DNA of 64,000 nucleotides from Chiloscyllium plagiosum (Eukaryota), in NCBI RefSeq assembly GCF_004010195.1, contig NC_057723.1, positions 66,707,055-66,771,054 on the forward strand. The letters run 5' to 3'. The position numbers and the translations under genes were made by a program. Position 1 is the first letter of the stretch. Every line of letters starts with the position of its first letter. Positions 36,800 through 48,700 of the stretch are shown one piece after another. Under the pieces are notes generated by a model. That model ran no database searches. It was not told the DNA's origin and worked only from the letters and a program-made list of their open reading frames with translations.

Positions 36800-36930
36800 T
36801 TCGTTCCTTGCGAAGAAGACCCGCGGCCGCTCGCCGCCTGCCTTATATACCCCCCCAACCAACTCTCGCGAGTCTTCGGCTCGGTGACCAATCAGAGCGG
36901 GCCCCTGGGCCGAGAGGGCGGGACCGGAGC
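36800..36930 (-). promoter_or_regulatory. NPM1-A core promoter (TATA, inverted CCAAT, TCT/TOP-like start)
   Basis: TATATAA at 36849-36843, pyrimidine tract TCTTCTTC at 36819-36812 about 30 nt downstream, CCAAT at 36888-36892, within a CpG island. Confidence 0.7.
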
Positions 36931-37303
36931 TATCAATCACGCCAACAGGGTCTGGGAGAAAAAAGTGAGGAGTGCAGAGGCTGGAGATCAGGTTAGAGAG
37001 TGTGGTGCTGGAAAAACACAGCAGGTCGTGCAGCATCCGAGAAGCATGATGAGCTCCTGCCCGAAACGTCGATTCTTCTGCTCCTCCGATGTGCTTTTCC
37101 AGCAACACACTCTCAACCAACAAGGACTGGCTACGTGTCAGTGAGGAGTCAGCCAGGAAACCCTCCTTTGCACACCCACCATTCAATCACAGCACCATCA
37201 CTGAATACCACCCCATCAACACCTTGAGTGACATTCTCCAAAACTCAACTGAACTGAACCTTGTTAAACCAGTGGCTGCAAGAACAAGTCAGAGGCTTGG
37301 CAT

Positions 37304-37485
37304 GTCAGGCATCATCTGAGGAGCAGGAAAATCGACGTTTTGGGCAAAAGCTCTTCATCAGAAAAATCCCTGATGAAGGGCTTTTGCCCAAAACATCAAT
37401 TTTCCTGCTCCTCAGATGATGTCTGACTTGCTGAGCTTTGCCAGCACCACTCTAATCTCCAGCATCTGCAGTACCCAACTCTGCC
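37304..37485. mobile_element. Penelope-derived fold-back repeat (second family) between the NPM1 promoters
   Basis: Inverted arms around a CTGATGA core; 14-bp TSD CAGAGGCTTGGCAT at 37290-37303 and 37486-37499. Confidence 0.75.
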
Positions 37486-38221
37486 CAGAGGCTTGGCATA
37501 TAGCAAGAGTAACTCACCTGATTCCCATCTCCAAGGCTGGAGTTTGATAGAATATTCTCCACTTGCCTACACGAGTGCACCTACAATGCTGAAGAAGCTC
37601 GACACCATCAAGCAGAAAGCAGCCCACTTCATTTGCACCACAAACACTGGCTCCCTCCACCTGCAATGTGTACCATTTATAATACGCACTACAGAAATTC
37701 ACCAAGGATCTTTGAAGAACTCCTGTGAAACCCACAACCACTTCCATCTGGGAGGACAATGGCAGTAGATACATGGGATAATGACCACCACCTGCATGTT
37801 CCTCTTCAAGCGACTCACTATCCTGATGACTTGGTTTATTGTCACATGTACTTTGTCACAAAATACAGTGAAAGGTTTTATACACTGTCACCACTCCCTA
37901 GTGTTATCTTAAAGAGAGTAGACTAAAGAAATAAAGAAAAAGTGTTCAACTAACTTGTCTGCTGTAAGCCTGAGGGCCAGGCATGAGTTCCTTTTCCCCA
38001 CTGCTGCCGCTGAAACAAAAGTCACCAATCTTTGACACCATCTCACCTCCACTGACACACTCACCAGAGTCCTCACTGGACCTTGCAAATGCCACCGATG
38101 CTGCCATGTACTGCACCAGCCCGATCTCCACTCCAATGCTGCCATAAGTCTGCTTCAGGCCCACTTGGAAATGTATCATTGTTCCTTTACTGTCACTAGA
38201 TAAAAATTGCAGAACGTCCTC

Positions 38222-39207
38222 NNNNNNNNNNNNNNNNNNNNNNNNNNNNNNNNNNNNNNNNNNNNNNNNNNNNNNNNNNNNNNNNNNNNNNNNNNNNNNN
38301 NNNNNNNNNNNNNNNNNNNNNNNNNNNNNNNNNNNNNNNNNNNNNNNNNNNNNNNNNNNNNNNNNNNNNNNNNNNNNNNNNNNNNNNNNNNNNNNNNNNN
38401 NNNNNNNNNNNNNNNNNNNNNNNNNNNNNNNNNNNNNNNNNNNNNNNNNNNNNNNNNNNNNNNNNNNNNNNNNNNNNNNNNNNNNNNNNNNNNNNNNNNN
38501 NNNNNNNNNNNNNNNNNNNNNNNNNNNNNNNNNNNNNNNNNNNNNNNNNNNNNNNNNNNNNNNNNNNNNNNNNNNNNNNNNNNNNNNNNNNNNNNNNNNN
38601 NNNNNNNNNNNNNNNNNNNNNNNNNNNNNNNNNNNNNNNNNNNNNNNNNNNNNNNNNNNNNNNNNNNNNNNNNNNNNNNNNNNNNNNNNNNNNNNNNNNN
38701 NNNNNNNNNNNNNNNNNNNNNNNNNNNNNNNNNNNNNNNNNNNNNNNNNNNNNNNNNNNNNNNNNNNNNNNNNNNNNNNNNNNNNNNNNNNNNNNNNNNN
38801 NNNNNNNNNNNNNNNNNNNNNNNNNNNNNNNNNNNNNNNNNNNNNNNNNNNNNNNNNNNNNNNNNNNNNNNNNNNNNNNNNNNNNNNNNNNNNNNNNNNN
38901 NNNNNNNNNNNNNNNNNNNNNNNNNNNNNNNNNNNNNNNNNNNNNNNNNNNNNNNNNNNNNNNNNNNNNNNNNNNNNNNNNNNNNNNNNNNNNNNNNNNN
39001 NNNNNNNNNNNNNNNNNNNNNNNNNNNNNNNNNNNNNNNNNNNNNNNNNNNNNNNNNNNNNNNNNNNNNNNNNNNNNNNNNNNNNNNNNNNNNNNNNNNN
39101 NNNNNNNNNNNNNNNNNNNNNNNNNNNNNNNNNNNNNNNNNNNNNNNNNNNNNNNNNNNNNNNNNNNNNNNNNNNNNNNNNNNNNNNNNNNNNNNNNNNN
39201 NNNNNNN
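38222..39207. other. Assembly gap between the two NPM1 genes
   Basis: Run of N. Confidence 0.99.
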
Positions 39208-39509
39208 GTGCGGGGTGCGAGACGGGAGAGCACGTGAGGGGGAGGAGAGTGAGAAACGAGATTGAGAGCGGGACGGAGGTTGGCCGGAGAGCGTGGCCCA
39301 GGGTTGCAAGCCGAATCTGAGGATAGGGCTGGAACTCGGACACTTTCCCCGCGCTCCACTGAGGGCAGCGGGGGTGGAGAGAAGGAGCTGAAAAGGCGAA
39401 TAAAGATTGTTCCTGTGCTTTACATAACATCAATAACACAAGAATACAGTGTCGCTCAGGCAGTGCCTTTTGTAGGAGACTAATTCAGTAGCAGTTTAAA
39501 ATAAAATCC

Positions 39510-39733
39510 GCTACTGCCATCTTAAGCTCAACATGTGACTAGGCCTCATTTCCGGCTTCCTCGAGCAGGCGCCTGCGCAGGACGAATGGTTTAGGGAGGC
39601 CGGCGGTTGGGGGCGGGGCCGGGTCGAAGGCTGCAGGCGGGTAGACTCTATTGGCGGGTAGGCTGGCACGTGACCGATCGGGCTCTATAAAAGGCGCCGC
39701 GAACGAGCGCGCGGCCATTTAGAAAGGAATAAA
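39510..39733 (+). promoter_or_regulatory. NPM1-B core promoter (TATA, Inr, E-box, GC box, CCAAT, NRF1-like)
   Basis: TATAAAA 39686-39692, CCATTT Inr 39715-39720, CACGTG 39667-39672, ATTGG 39650-39654, GGGGCGGGG at about 39610, GCGCCTGCGCA 39569-39579. Confidence 0.75.
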
Positions 39734-39797
39734 ATGGCCGAGACTGACTTCGAGAGTGCCGTGTCGCCGCCACTGAGGCCGCAGAGCTTTCTGTTCG
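39734..39797 (+). CDS. NPM1: NPM1-B exon 1
   Basis: [21 protein letters not shown](G); GTAAG donor. Confidence 0.9.
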
Positions 39798-42700
39798 GTA
39801 AGGGCCCGGCGCGGGAGACACGCGAGACAACGTGTGGCCGCCGTCACTCCCGTTCCCCGCACGCAGGCGAGACGGTGCTCCCAGGACCGCGCGCAGAGCA
39901 CCCGGAGGCCGGCCGCCACTGGCCATGTGGCTGCTGGGCCACGTGTTGGTGGCGAGGCCCCGACCCTCGGGCCGCGTGGTTGGGGGAGGGGGGGCGTAAG
40001 GTTCCAAGTGACCCTGTTGCAGGGGTCGTCGGTGCAGTGGTTATTGATTGAGCCGGCCCGAGTTTTCTGGGTTTCAGGGTATTCTAGTCGTACTTACGGT
40101 AAGTATGGTTGGTGCTGCGGTCGGAGATGTCCCCGAGGAAATGGAGCAGTTACCTTCGTATCAGTTTGTTGGGGTCAATGCCTGACGATGGTCAAGGGGG
40201 GCGCGTGTAGACAACATGCTGTGAACCCCTAGTAAGTAATTGCTTTTTCCATCTTTTACTCTCTCGTTCTGTCTCTTTTTTTTCTTTTTTTTCTATTTTC
40301 TCTCTTTTTTNNNNNNNNNNNNNNNNNNNNNNNNNNNNNNNNNNNNNNNNNNNNNNNNNNNNNNNNNNNNNNNNNNNNNNNNNNNNNNNNNNNNNNNNNN
40401 NNNNNNNNNNNNNNNNNNNNNNNNNNNNNNNNNNNNNNNNNNNNNNNNNNNNNNNNNNNNNNNNNNNNNNNNNNNNCTTTTCCTTTCCTTTGTCTCTTCC
40501 CTACCTCCCCCCGCGTAATGGGTCGTGTGCGGAATCTGGCCCATGAGACTAAAGATGCACAGGTAATGCATTGACGGTGTGGGTTTAAAGGCCGCCTGTG
40601 TCCCAGGATTAGGTCAGACTGGTTCTGCTTCTAAAGTGGGATTTACGGGGTCTTGCAAGAGTAAAATAAAATGTAATTCTGCAAGTACAAATTCACCCCA
40701 CAAACTCGTGAGCACGCAGGGGAGACGGGGTGGTGTGAATCCGAGTGTGTAATGGAGTACAAGTCTGAGAGCGTGGGTGGGCAGAGTATGTGTGAGCATA
40801 TGAGAGGGTCTGTGTGAGTCTTGAGTTAAGATGGCACCTATTAATGCTATCTTGAGAAGTAACTTTTAAAAAGTTCTTAGATTTACATATGACAGAACTG
40901 AAGATAACATGATCATTTTAAAAGATTAAAAATCACTCAACACCAGGTTATACTCCAACAGGTTTAATTGAAAGCACACTAGCTTTCGGAGCATTGTTCC
41001 TTCAGGTGGTAGAGATGAAAGACTTAAGCTATTTTTGTTTAATGTTACATTCATGACATTACATTCCTGTTGCTATAAGTTGTCTTATTATTCTACTCTA
41101 CAACCACCTGATGAAGATGCAATACTGTGAAAGCTAGTGCTTCCAAATAAACCTGTTGGATTAAACTTGGTGTTGTGATTTTTAACTTTGTGCACCCCAG
41201 TCCAACATTGGCACTTCCAAATCATGCCCCAGATGAGAATTGCAGCTTGAGCTTGGTGAAGCCTGGTTGGAACAAATGTCTCCTGGATTCTAGCTACTCT
41301 GACTTTAGGAGTACGAATCCTGAATATCTATGTTGAAAGTGCTGTTCTGTTTGTGAAGGATTCACTGCATTCTGTACTTTCCAGTTTGAATTTGTACACT
41401 GAATGATATTTTCTTTTTCAGGATGTGAGCTCAAGGCTGGCCACAAAGAATATAAGATGACTGTGGAAGATGATGATTCTGAGCATCAGCTTTCTTTGAG
41501 GACGGTGAGTGTGCTTCTAGTCCCTTTCATCTTTCTGAATTGTTGTTTTGTGTTTCACGAAACTATGATGCATGAAGGCTGCTTAGAGCCCAAACACACC
41601 CCCCAAAGCACACAACAGGCCTTTCACTAAGATCGTATGGTTTAAATGTGTTCGCCCAGCAGTTTCTTCCAAATTAGCAATGCTGAGTGCAAATCTGAAT
41701 GGTGAAGGTGAGTGGAATGTACAGGCAATACTGGAAATGGGTAGGTTGTCAGCATGATGAGGAATTAATATATGGGGCCATTATCTTTATTGTATATTTT
41801 GTTGGGGCATAGTTATATATGTATAGCGTGCTAATTTTGAAAAGTTGGCACATTCTAGTGTTCGTCAAAACTTTTTACTTTGAGGTTTTTTAATATTTAA
41901 CTCTGGGAACCATATCTGTTCACTGTAAATACAGTTTCATGTTAATGCTTACATTTTGAGATTTTTGACCTGGCAGCATCTTTAGCTTTATTCATATGCT
42001 TTCCTTTGAATTGGCTTTTACAGGTTTGTCTTGGTGTTGGAGCAAGCGATGACCTGCATCTGGTTGAGGCAGAAGGCTTAACCTCTGAAGGCAAAAACAC
42101 AAAAGTGACTTTGGCAGCTCTGAAATTGTCAGTACAGCCTACAGTGAGTATTCAGCTAAAGGAAAGTCTTGATCTGTCAACACATTGGCCAGAAATGGCC
42201 TGGCAACCATAATGTGGATGATTTTAAAAAGTTATTTGACTGGTTGCTCCAAGCAGGGGTTCTACAGACAGGACTGGGTTTGTACACCAGAAACAATTTA
42301 TTTCATAATTTTTAATTTTGTCTGGCACAGGTTAGTTTGGGAGGATTTGAAATCACGCCACCTGTGACCTTTAGGCTGAAATCTGGAGCGGGTCCTGTGT
42401 ACATCAGTGGCCAGCACCTCATTGGTAAGTGGGCATTATTGAATATCTCATGGCCAAGTGCACGAGTGAAGTATCGGGCAACCAAATCATTGACATCACA
42501 TGTGGGTTTGAAGTGTTGAAAATTCAAGTCTGATCACTCCTTTGAAAGGGCTGGGAACATGAATATTGAGAAAAGGATGGGGCAGGGAGGGAATTATGGG
42601 CAGTATGTGTTTCTGGTCTCGCCAGGAACAGCATTATCTGCTCATCTTGTAGGGAGTCCAGTATGGAGTGACATAGGCATAGTCCAGGCACATTTATGAA

Positions 42701-45700
42701 CTAATTTTGTCCTTTGTCATTTTAATAAAACTACCAGTTAACTTGGTTTCCATTGCATCTTGGCATTATATTGCTGCTTTGCCTCTTATTGAACATGTTT
42801 TCTGAAAACCCTTCATACTGGAGGGCATCAGACATGTTTCCATGCAGGGCCTTCCAGCTCTGCTCTTCCTGAAGACGATTTCCTGAATAGTGTAGTGGCT
42901 TCTGGATCAGAAATGAGTGTTTTTGTCCATCTTCTATTTTAAGCATTGGATGATGAAGATTTGGAATCAGACGATGATTTAGAATCTGATGATGAGGATG
43001 ACAGCATGTTGAAGAACACAGTAAAGCAGGCAGTTAAACGACCAGCAACTGGTGTAGACAAAATAATGCAGGTTTGTGCTTGGAATTGTATACTAAAGCT
43101 GTTCTTACAAATGACAAAATGGTAGCAAATGCTCACAACCTGGTCGTCATTCTTCCCTCCCTCGCTGCCTCCTGACCCCACTGCCACTCCTGCAACCAGA
43201 ATACAATGCAGTAATTATGGCGATAATGGTCTAATGGTAAAGTCACTGGACTCGTGATCCAGAAGCCGTGCCTAAACCGCAAGTTACACCACAGCATTTA
43301 GTGGACTTCGCATGCAGTATTGTATTTGGGAGTGATTAGTCGTGATAACCATGAAGCTTCCCAATGACTGTAAAAGCCATTGTGGTTCACAAATGCCCTT
43401 TAGGGAAGGAAATCTGCCATCCTTCTGGCCTAGCGTGTAACTCCAAATTCACAGCGATGTGACTGACTCTTAACCATCCTCTGAATTGCTTTAACAAGCT
43501 GCTTGGTTTTCTGACAATTCAGTACGCAATGTCTCTTATAATGGTTACTTAAAGGTGCGGTGATGCAAACCTAAATCATTTCCTTCTTTTCAGGGGAAGA
43601 AAATGAAAGTGGAAGATGATGATGATGAGTGAGTGTCATGGTTTTTACTGGGAAACTGCTTAATCCTTCTTGTTCTTGAAATGGACTGGGTGTAACATTG
43701 GGGGAGTTCATAATAAGATTCGATTGGCAAAACATTAGTTTGGGAAGGGATCTGCAGTCTAGATTCCACAGTTCAATTCTTCATGAACCTTGAAGTTTAT
43801 CTACAGATAAATTTATTTTTAAATTGATTAAGTTTATTGAAATTGGCTTCATACAGACCATAGAAATCTATTTGAAGGCCTTGATACTTAAGTGATCGCT
43901 AAGTATCAGTGCTTCAAATATAGAACAGATTTGTGTGACAGTAATTATCACAGGAAAATATTGGGTGTGGCATGAATTTAAGTGGGGGATGTTAGTAAAA
44001 TTTTAAGATAGGGTAAGCAATTACTTCGAGGAGAAAGTGAGGTCTGCAGATGCTGGAGATCAAAGTTGAAACTTTATTGCTGGAACAGCACAGCAGGTCA
44101 GGCAGCATCCAGGGAACAGGAGATTCGACGTTTCGGGCACAGGCCCTTCTTCAGGAATGAGCAGAGAGTGTTCAGCAGGAGAAGATAAAAGGTAGGGAGG
44201 AGGGACTTGGAGGAGGGGAGTTGGAAATGTGACTTCAGAAAGAAGTAGGAAAATTTAGTTAGCCTGGTTACGTAGAATTCATTGTGTTGCCTTTTATTAT
44301 TCAAGAAAGGATCTCAGGTTGAAAAGAATTGAGACAGCAATAAATGGCCCATAGTATTAGGTGCATTAGTGAGGGCTAAATATAGGGTAGGGGAAGGGTC
44401 TGGGTGGGTTACTGTTCTGATAGTTGGTGTGGATTTGTTGGGCCAAAGGGCCTGTTTCCAAACTGTGGGATTCTAATCTAGTCAAAAAGTGTGAAATGCT
44501 GCTGATTGAACTTGCATGGTCTGCTAGTCTGTCCATTGAAGTAACAATGACCTGTGAGCCTTGCTGGAGGTCAATTGATCCCTCTGGTAAGTGAAGTACT
44601 GCCAAATAAAGCTATGGGGAGCTAAATGCTGAGAGAGAAACAGGATGGGGCTAGTAGGTTAAGACCAGATAATTTAGATGTCCCATCCGAATGGCCTCTT
44701 CCTGCTCTTATCCTCGTTTTTAGATTAGATTAGATTACTTAGTGTGGAAACAGGCCCTTTGGCCCAACAAGTCCACACCGCCCCGCCGAAGCGCAACCCA
44801 CCCATACCCCTACATCTACCCCTTAACTAACACTACGGGCAATTTAGCATGGCCAATTCACCTGACCTGCACATCTTTAGGACTGTGGGAGGAAACCGGA
44901 GCACCCGGAGGAAACCCACGCAGACACGGGGAGAACGTGCAAACTCCACACAATCAGTCGCCTGAGGCGGGAATTGAACCCGGGTCTCCGGCGCTGTGAG
45001 GCAGCAGTGCTAACCACTGTGCCACCGTGCCGCCGTTTCTATAGTTGATGAGAAAACATCAATTAGCTATTTGCAAATGGCATCAACGGTTATGAGGAGA
45101 AAGCGGTATTAGGCTATTGAGTTGGACTATTGGCCATGATCATGAATGGTAGCAGGCTCGAAAGGTTGATTTGCTGCCTCCTATCTCCTATGTTTCTATT
45201 CATCTTTGATATGCGGGGAGGCAAATTTTTGTCTGAACCAGATCATTTTGAAACTAGAATTAGAACATGTGACTTACGATGTGTAAATGTCCGCTAATGT
45301 CTGGCTGGTGCAACGGTATTCCATGTGATTTAGGGTCAGGATGTTGCATGCTCGAATCATGTTAGGCTCACAGTTTGGCAGCTCAACTCCTTTCATCTTG
45401 CTTTAAGATGGAGATTTTGGGTTCCTCAGTGCTGAACACTGCCTCACCGTTTGATTCCTCCCTCAGGTGACTTTGTGGAGTTTGCACATCCTCCCTGTAT
45501 CTGTGGTTTTCCTCCGGGTTCCTGCCAAAATCCAAAGATGTGGAGGTTAGGTGGCTTGGCCGTGGGAAGTGCAAGACTTTAGCTGTAGGGATTCTCATGA
45601 TCCTGTCTGGAGATAGGCTGTCCCAGCATTGATTCAAACCATCCTTAACCTATCGCTGAGGCTCCTGAGATAATTTTGCAAAATAAACTTTTTCAGTGAT

Positions 45701-48700
45701 TTTAGGGCATGGGAGTTCTATGCTTCCAGATAAAAGTTGGATGCTACATGAAAATGTGACCAGGGAGGTGACTGTGCCACTGAAGAAAGTTTTTCTTCTA
45801 GAGAGGAAGATGATGACGAGGACGATGAAGAAGATGATGAAGAAGAAGCGATGACCCCAGCAAAAAAGGTACTGTGCAGCGTGCTATTTAATAGTGTAAT
45901 TGTCAAAGTATAGATCTAATAAAGGTGCAGAATGCCACACCATCCGAAGAGTAATAGAAGTGTGGGATTCTCCCATTAAGACGTAGGTCATGGTGGCTGA
46001 ATTTGTTTAATATTGAAGTTTGATAAAGTGCTATTTTATGGTGAAATCATTTCATGGAATGAAGGCTGAATCTCTGCCTACTCCTGTTCCTGTGTCAGGA
46101 TGCCTTTGATTTAGAATCTAAAGTGTGGTCAGGAGCTCTTAACTACCATTTGGTTCCACATTGTGCCTGCCTCTATGTAGCAAAACTCTTGACATGGATA
46201 TCAAACCTACAGCTCAGCGAACAAAGCTACACCCTGAGCTACAAACCTTACTCTTGACATGGATTGGTGTTGAGTGATGAGGTTTTATTCTAGCTTTAGG
46301 TGCCTGGAATTTGCACATTGTCCCTGTAATTGGGTTTCCATGAGGTACTCTGCTTTCCTCCCACAGTCCAGGTTAGATGGGTTGACCATAGTCTCCCTGG
46401 GTGTGTAGGCTTGGGGGATTGGCCATGGTAAATGTGTGGGGCACAGTGAAGGTGGGAGGCTCTGGGAGGGATGGTGTTCCGGGGGTTGGTGTGGGCCTGG
46501 TGGCCCAAATGGACCCTTCTGTTCGGTATGGATTCTGTGACCTAGGGAATTGGATAAGGAGTGGTTTCTAGAGCTTGTCTGAATGATGATGCCAGTAAGA
46601 TGTGGGGCTGCAGCAGAGGCAGAGTTGTCAGGTGAGTATGATAGAATTTTCGATCAATAAGAATATAATCTCTGGCTTAATTATCTACCTGAAAGCTCCA
46701 CAGTCAATCCATTATTATGTTTGACATTGTGCTTGCAGCCTCTTGAGAAAACTCCAGTCAAGATTACCCTTGAATCAAAGGGAACTCCCAAGCAAAATGG
46801 CAAAACACCCACCAAAGCTACACCAGCTAACAAGCAGCCCAAGGTTAGTGACCTTTCTTGATATACTTGGGTATTTCCTTTTCTGTACAACTTGCCGAAT
46901 GGAGGAACTGAGAAATTTGCATTTAAACCGTTCTATTCAGGTGTTTGTAAATGGGTTTCTGTAAGATGAGAAACTCACTATTTGACTACCTAAAGTTTCC
47001 CATTTACAAGCTGCCAGTTGGATGAATACCTTTGACTTGCCTAGTTGTGCAGTTCTAACAGCACTTGAATTTAGGCAAAGCTGCCATGAGTTTGGCACTA
47101 CATGCCCCACTGGAAATCTCTTCTCTTTCATTGGCGACCACAGGTTGCAATTTGCCAAGGCGGTTTCAACATAATATTCCATACAAGTGACATACAAGAG
47201 ATTGAAGGACGAGGGCAGCAGATGGATGCAAGCATCTCCACGTGTGTTCTCCAAGTCTCTCATCATCGTGACTTGGAAATATATCATTGTCACAAAGTCA
47301 AAGCCATACCATTCGTGTACATACACAGAATGGGCTGCATGGTTTGAGGAATGTGGCTCACTACCATCATGAGCATTAAATGCTGGTCTAGCTGGGTGTT
47401 CTTATTGAATTAGGTGTATCCTGTAATCATTAGCCATCAGGGTGTCATAAGTTGGTGATAATAATTTGGTAATTGAATTCTTGAACTGCAGTCTCTGGAA
47501 TATTTGGACTACTTTGTGCAATTTGCTTGGTCTTTAATGTTGATAAGAGATGTATGGAGTAATTGTTCCTGGAGCAGTTTGGGTGCTCATAATTTGCTTT
47601 TCCCTCCAGACTCCAGAATCCAGCAGTAAACCCAAAACACCCAAGACCCCAAAGGTCCCACTGACCATGGAAGACATCAAGGCCAAGTTGAAGACATCTT
47701 TGGAAAAAGTGAGTTGTCAGAACACTGCAGTTTCTTTAATACTTGATTACTTGATTAGATTACAGTGTGGAAACAGGCCCTTCGGCCCAACAAGTCCACA
47801 TCGACCTGCCGAAGCAAAACCCACCCATACCCCTTACCTAACACTACGGGCAATTTAGTATGGCCAATTCACCTGACCCTGCACATCTTTGGATGGTAGG
47901 AGGAAACCGGAGCACCCGGAGGAAACCCACGCAGACACGGGGAGAACGTGCAAACTCCACAAAGTCAGTCGCCTGAGGCGGGAATTGAACCCGGGTCTCT
48001 GGCGCTGTGAAGCAGCAGTGCTAACCACTGTGCCACCGTGCCGCCCACTAATGTATGCTAACACAACTTTATAGATAACTTTTTGAGTGGGGAGTCTGAT
48101 ATTGTATAACAGAAAATTCATAATGGAGGATTATAAACCATGCAAGCGATTTGTGTTCTTTGGTGCTTTCCAAGATAAATGGCTCCTTTTAAAGTTTGGT
48201 TTTATTTTGTGTTGGTGCCATTTTTGGGCTGGGGTGAACAATGTCACATACCACACGACAGCAGGTTATAGTCCAGCATGTTTGTGAAATTACCAAATGG
48301 AGCAGTGGTTCCAAAAGCTTGTGGTTTCATGGTTATAACCTGCTGTCATGACTTCTGACATAGTTTTACGTTAACATACAACCAAATGGCCATCCTCTAT
48401 GATACAGGAAACTGGCTATTATGGGGGGGAAGGATGAAACTCCCTTTTCCTTCTACACTCTATACATGTGATTATTCAAAATTTGTTCTTCACCTGTGGG
48501 CACTTGTTACGTTTGTCTGGGACCAATTAGCGCTGACATATTGGACCCACGTTCAAATTGCTCCTCTTCCTTATTTTTCTGTCATTCTTATAAATGCGGA
48601 AAGTTAAGATTGGGGAAATGCATTGCCCTAACCATCAGGCATTTCCAGGATTAGAGAATACGAGCATTGAGGTAACTCCTTTAGTAAAGACAATGAACTG

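Noticed and set aside
36796-39734. A single shared bidirectional promoter
   Set aside because: Each gene has its own TATA/CCAAT set, separated by about 2.8 kb containing TE fragments and a gap.
41750-41900. Box C/D snoRNA in NPM1-B intron 2 (ATGATGA)
   Set aside because: No suitably placed D box or terminal stem was seen, and the paralog has ATGACGA.
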